In this document: positions 60,914 to 64,000 of the stretch, in pieces
Layout of the letters: each line of letters opens with the position of its first letter
How positions within the stretch are numbered: position 1 is the stretch's first letter
Origin: Candidatus Omnitrophota bacterium
GTDB lineage: Bacteria > Omnitrophota > Gorgyraeia > Pluralincolimonadales > Pluralincolimonadaceae
Direction: 5' to 3'
NCBI GenBank assembly: GCA_030695925.1
Contig: JAUYOH010000031.1
Coordinates: 5,188 to 69,187 of the forward strand
Length of the DNA stretch: 64,000 bases
Position numbers and translations under genes: made by a program
Notes under the pieces: generated by a model
Database searches by the model: none
What the model was told of the DNA's origin: nothing
Seen by the model: only the letters and a program-made list of their open reading frames with translations

Positions 60914-62217
60914 AAGATAATTTTAAAGATAAGAAGGTTACGGTGGTCGGGCTGGCGCGAAGTGGTATGGCCGCGGCGCTTCTCTTAAAGAAAAAGGGAG
61001 CCGAGGCCTACGCGACTGATTGCGGAGATTCCGCCGGCCTAAGAAAGAATGCCGGATCGCTTCGCAAGAAAGGCATCAAAGTCGAGATAGGAATTCATAC
61101 GCGCGGATTCGTTAAAGGGAAAGACCTGATCGTCATAAGCCCGGGCGTCCCCGAAGATTCTCCTATATTAAAATGGGCTGCCGAAGAAAAAGTTCCGGTA
61201 ATAGGCGAGATAGAATTAGGTTATCTGTGTTGCGAGGCGCCGATAGTCGCAGTTACAGGCACGAACGGCAAATCAACTACCGCGACCCTTATAGGCAAGA
61301 TATTAAAGAAGGGCGGCAAGAGTGCTGTGGTATGCGGGAATATAGGCAATCCCTTCTGCGGCGAGATATCAAAGGTCAAGAAGGATTCGGTCGTCGTCCT
61401 TGAGGTTAGCTCTTTTCAATTGGAAACCATCAGAAGATTCAGGCCCTGTGTCGCTGTGGTGCTTAACATCTCGCAGAATCACTTTGATAGGCACCCCGAC
61501 TTAAAGTCGTATATTAAGGCGAAGTCGCGCATATTCGAGAATCAGAAAACAAGCGACTGGGCGGTCTTAAATTATGATGACCCGCTGGTCAGAGGATTGA
61601 GGGCAAAGACGAAGGCCAAGACGATATTCTTCTCCAGGAAGAAGGGAATTCCGGAGATGGTTTGCCGGCAGGAGGAACTCAAGATAAAGGGCGGACATAA
61701 TATAGAGAACGCGCTCGCGTCTTTATGTGTGGCCTCGATATTCGGTGTAAAACCAGAGGCAGCGAGAGAAGCGCTGATGGCGTTTAAGGGTTTAGAGCAC
61801 AGGTTCGAGCATGTGGCCGAGATAGGCGGTGTCGAGTTCATAAACGACTCAAAAGGGACCACAGTCTTGGCCACGATAATGGCGCTTGAGTCCTGCGATA
61901 AACCCGTCATACTCATCGCGGGCGGGCACGATAAAGGCAGCGATTTCAGGAAAGCCGGGCCGGCCGTCGTCTCAAAGGTTAAAAAACTAGTCTTGATAGG
62001 AGAGGCGAAGGATAAGATAAGAAAGCATTTAAACGGCGCGGTCCCCGCTATCGAGGCGGGTTCGATGGAGGACGCGGTAAAGAAGGCGTATTCCGAGGCG
62101 GAACCCGGCGACTGCGTTCTCTTGTCTCCGATGTGCGCGAGTTTCGATATGTTCAAAAATTTCGAGGAACGCGGCAAGGTCTTTAAACAGGCGGTGAAAG
62201 GGTTATTGGGCGTATGA
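60910..62217 (+). CDS. murD: UDP-MurNAc-L-Ala:D-Glu ligase
   Basis: GLARSG, SPG, TGTNGKST, EVSSFQL, NDSK.T, SP..ASFD. Confidence 0.96.
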   Translation: MKDNFKDKKVTVVGLARSGMAAALLLKKKGAEAYATDCGDSAGLRKNAGSLRKKGIKVEIGIHTRGFVKGKDLIVISPGVPEDSPILKWAAEEKVPVIGEIELGYLCCEAPIVAVTGTNGKSTTATLIGKILKKGGKSAVVCGNIGNPFCGEISKVKKDSVVVLEVSSFQLETIRRFRPCVAVVLNISQNHFDRHPDLKSYIKAKSRIFENQKTSDWAVLNYDDPLVRGLRAKTKAKTIFFSRKKGIPEMVCRQEELKIKGGHNIENALASLCVASIFGVKPEAAREALMAFKGLEHRFEHVAEIGGVEFINDSKGTTVLATIMALESCDKPVILIAGGHDKGSDFRKAGPAVVSKVKKLVLIGEAKDKIRKHLNGAVPAIEAGSMEDAVKKAYSEAEPGDCVLLSPMCASFDMFKNFEERGKVFKQAVKGLLGV

Positions 62218-63317
62218 GGCAGATAAGGATCAGGTTGTTTATGATAACGGTCATCCTTCTCGCGGTAGGGGTGGTCATGGTCTACAGCGCCAGCGCCATC
62301 AACGCCTATGAGACGATGAAAGACAGTTCATATTATCTGAAACGCCATCTCATCTATCTGCTATTGGGGGTCATAGCGTCATTGTGGATCATGTCCATAG
62401 ACTATGAGGTGATCAGAAGATATATCAAACCGGCCCTGATAATCTCATTTCTTCTGTTGGTATTGGTCCTGATTCCGGGGATAGGCCGTGAGGTCGCGGG
62501 CGCGAGCCGCTGGTTCAGGTTTTCCGTCCTAAGTTTTCAGCCGTCGCAGGTCGCGAAACTCGTCCTTATCCTGTATTTCGCGGACGTCCTCTCGAGAAAA
62601 CAGAGCGAGATAAAGAGTTTCGCCCACGGGTTTATGCCGCCTATGATAATGCTCGGCCTAAGCGTGGGGCTGATATTGCTTGAACCCGATCTCGGGACCG
62701 CGGTGGCGATAAGCGTGGTCTCGTTTATAATGCTCTTTGTGGCCGGGATAAGGCTGTTCCATTTGTTGCCTGTCCTTGTCTCTTCTCTGCCGGCTTTGGC
62801 TGTTATAATCCTTGCGAAGCCCTACAGGATGAAGAGGATCCTTGCGTTCCTCGACCCTTGGCAGGATCCGCAGGGGATAGGGTTCCAGATAATACAATCA
62901 TACATAGCGCTGGGTTCAGGCGGGCTCTTGGGTGTGGGATTGGGACAATCGCGGCAGAAGTTGCTTTATCTGCCGGGCTGCCATACGGATTTTATATTTT
63001 CTATAATAGGAGAGGAACTGGGGCTTTTGGGCGCCGTGTCGATCATTATTTTATTTATGCTCTTCGTATGGCTGGGCATCAGGATAGCGGTAAGGTCCCG
63101 TGACCTCTTCGGGCATCTTGCGGCCTTGGGGATAGTATCTATGATAGCCCTTGAGGCGGTCATAAATATAGGGGTGGCGACGGGTTCAATACCGACGAAA
63201 GGGCTTTCGCTTCCATTTATAAGTTACGGCGGTTCGTCGCTTGTATTCGATATGATCGGGGTGGCGCTATTGCTTAATATCGCGAAGTATAGCGAGAAGT
63301 CTTACGAGAAGACATGA
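62214..63317 (+). CDS. ftsW: SEDS peptidoglycan polymerase FtsW
   Basis: MVYSAS, QPS...K, EPDLGT, HTDFIF, LPFISYGGSS. Confidence 0.95.
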   Translation: MRQIRIRLFMITVILLAVGVVMVYSASAINAYETMKDSSYYLKRHLIYLLLGVIASLWIMSIDYEVIRRYIKPALIISFLLLVLVLIPGIGREVAGASRWFRFSVLSFQPSQVAKLVLILYFADVLSRKQSEIKSFAHGFMPPMIMLGLSVGLILLEPDLGTAVAISVVSFIMLFVAGIRLFHLLPVLVSSLPALAVIILAKPYRMKRILAFLDPWQDPQGIGFQIIQSYIALGSGGLLGVGLGQSRQKLLYLPGCHTDFIFSIIGEELGLLGAVSIIILFMLFVWLGIRIAVRSRDLFGHLAALGIVSMIALEAVINIGVATGSIPTKGLSLPFISYGGSSLVFDMIGVALLLNIAKYSEKSYEKT

Positions 63318-64000
63318 GAGTCTTAATCGCGTGCGGTGGGACCGGAGGCCATATATTTCCGGGTTTGAGCTTGGCGCAGGAACTGCAAGCCAGAGGGATC
63401 AACGAAGTCCTTTTGCTCGGGACAGACCATCCGCTTGAAGTAAAACTCTTCGGCTCGTTCGGCCTGCCCTATAGGTTGATGCCGGTCGCGAAACTTTCCG
63501 CTAATCCGGTGAAATTTTTAAGATTTCTGGTGAGTTTTCTGAGGGCTTGCCTGAGATCGGCAAAGTTATTATTCGAATACAAACCGGATATCGTAGTGGG
63601 CTTCGGCGGATACGCGTCGTTTCCCATATGCAAGTTCGCCGCGCTAATGGGAAAACCGCTGTTTCTCCACGAGCAGAATTGCGAAGCAGGGCTGGCGAAC
63701 AGGATATTAGCGCTTCTCGCCAGGCGTGTAGCGGTAAGTTTTAAAGAGACACAGAAGGCCTTCGGCAGGAAAGCGGTATTTACCGGAAACCCGATACGCA
63801 AGAGGCTCTTGACGGCAAAAAGAGAAGAGGCGCTAAAGCTTTATAAACTGAGCCCGGATAAATTCACCGTTCTGGTCTTGGGCGGGAGTCAGGGCTCGCA
63901 GCGGATAAATACGATAGTCGGCGATATGCTGGGGATATTAAGCGAAGAAGAAAAAAAGCAGATCAGCATAATCCATATAGCGGGTATGAAGAATATTGAT
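63314..64000 (+). CDS. murG: lipid I N-acetylglucosaminyltransferase, 3'-truncated by window edge
   Basis: ATG 63314 MRVLIACGGTGGHIFPG; GFGGY, HEQN, TGNP.R, GGSQG (absent from the ORF track because no stop falls in the window). Confidence 0.95.
   Translation, partial: MRVLIACGGTGGHIFPGLSLAQELQARGINEVLLLGTDHPLEVKLFGSFGLPYRLMPVAKLSANPVKFLRFLVSFLRACLRSAKLLFEYKPDIVVGFGGYASFPICKFAALMGKPLFLHEQNCEAGLANRILALLARRVAVSFKETQKAFGRKAVFTGNPIRKRLLTAKREEALKLYKLSPDKFTVLVLGGSQGSQRINTIVGDMLGILSEEEKKQISIIHIAGMKNID

Overview
A 64 kb bacterial core-genome window with almost every gene on the + strand. 16S features and gene content suggest the PVC superphylum, probably Candidatus Omnitrophota; this is an inference, not a database result. 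Gene order: cmk-plsC-rpsA-tyrS; a complete rrn operon (16S-tRNA-Ile-tRNA-Ala-23S-5S); orphan prepilin plus an EF-G paralog; yebC-ruvCAB-spoIID-queA-tgt-yajC-HD-secDF-CDF-recJ; antisense rpmB; recG-rsmD-coaD-yceD-rpmF-plsX-fabHDG-acpP-fabF running directly into acyl-CoA dehydrogenase-etfB-etfA(ferredoxin); an AT-richer CBM/TPR/ExbB/2xExbD/TonB-like-DUF4159 operon; cvpA-nucleoside hydrolase-Nif3-dnaG-rpoD-tRNAs-zinc ribbon-rnhA-rnpB; PilZ plus a PilT-like gene; and the start of the dcw cluster (mraZ to murG). I saw no CRISPR array, integrase or transposase. Most notable: (1) a receptor-less proton-motor operon whose TonB-like arm ends in a DUF4159-like domain; (2) a bifurcating-type Bcd/Etf module attached to a fab operon that lacks an enoyl-ACP reductase; (3) a PilZ protein paired with a PilT-like protein missing three catalytic residues; (4) palindromic DNA repeats inserted in frame in RecG and MurF; (5) a structured element bounded by copies of the 5S rRNA 3' tail; (6) two conserved genes with no canonical start codon.
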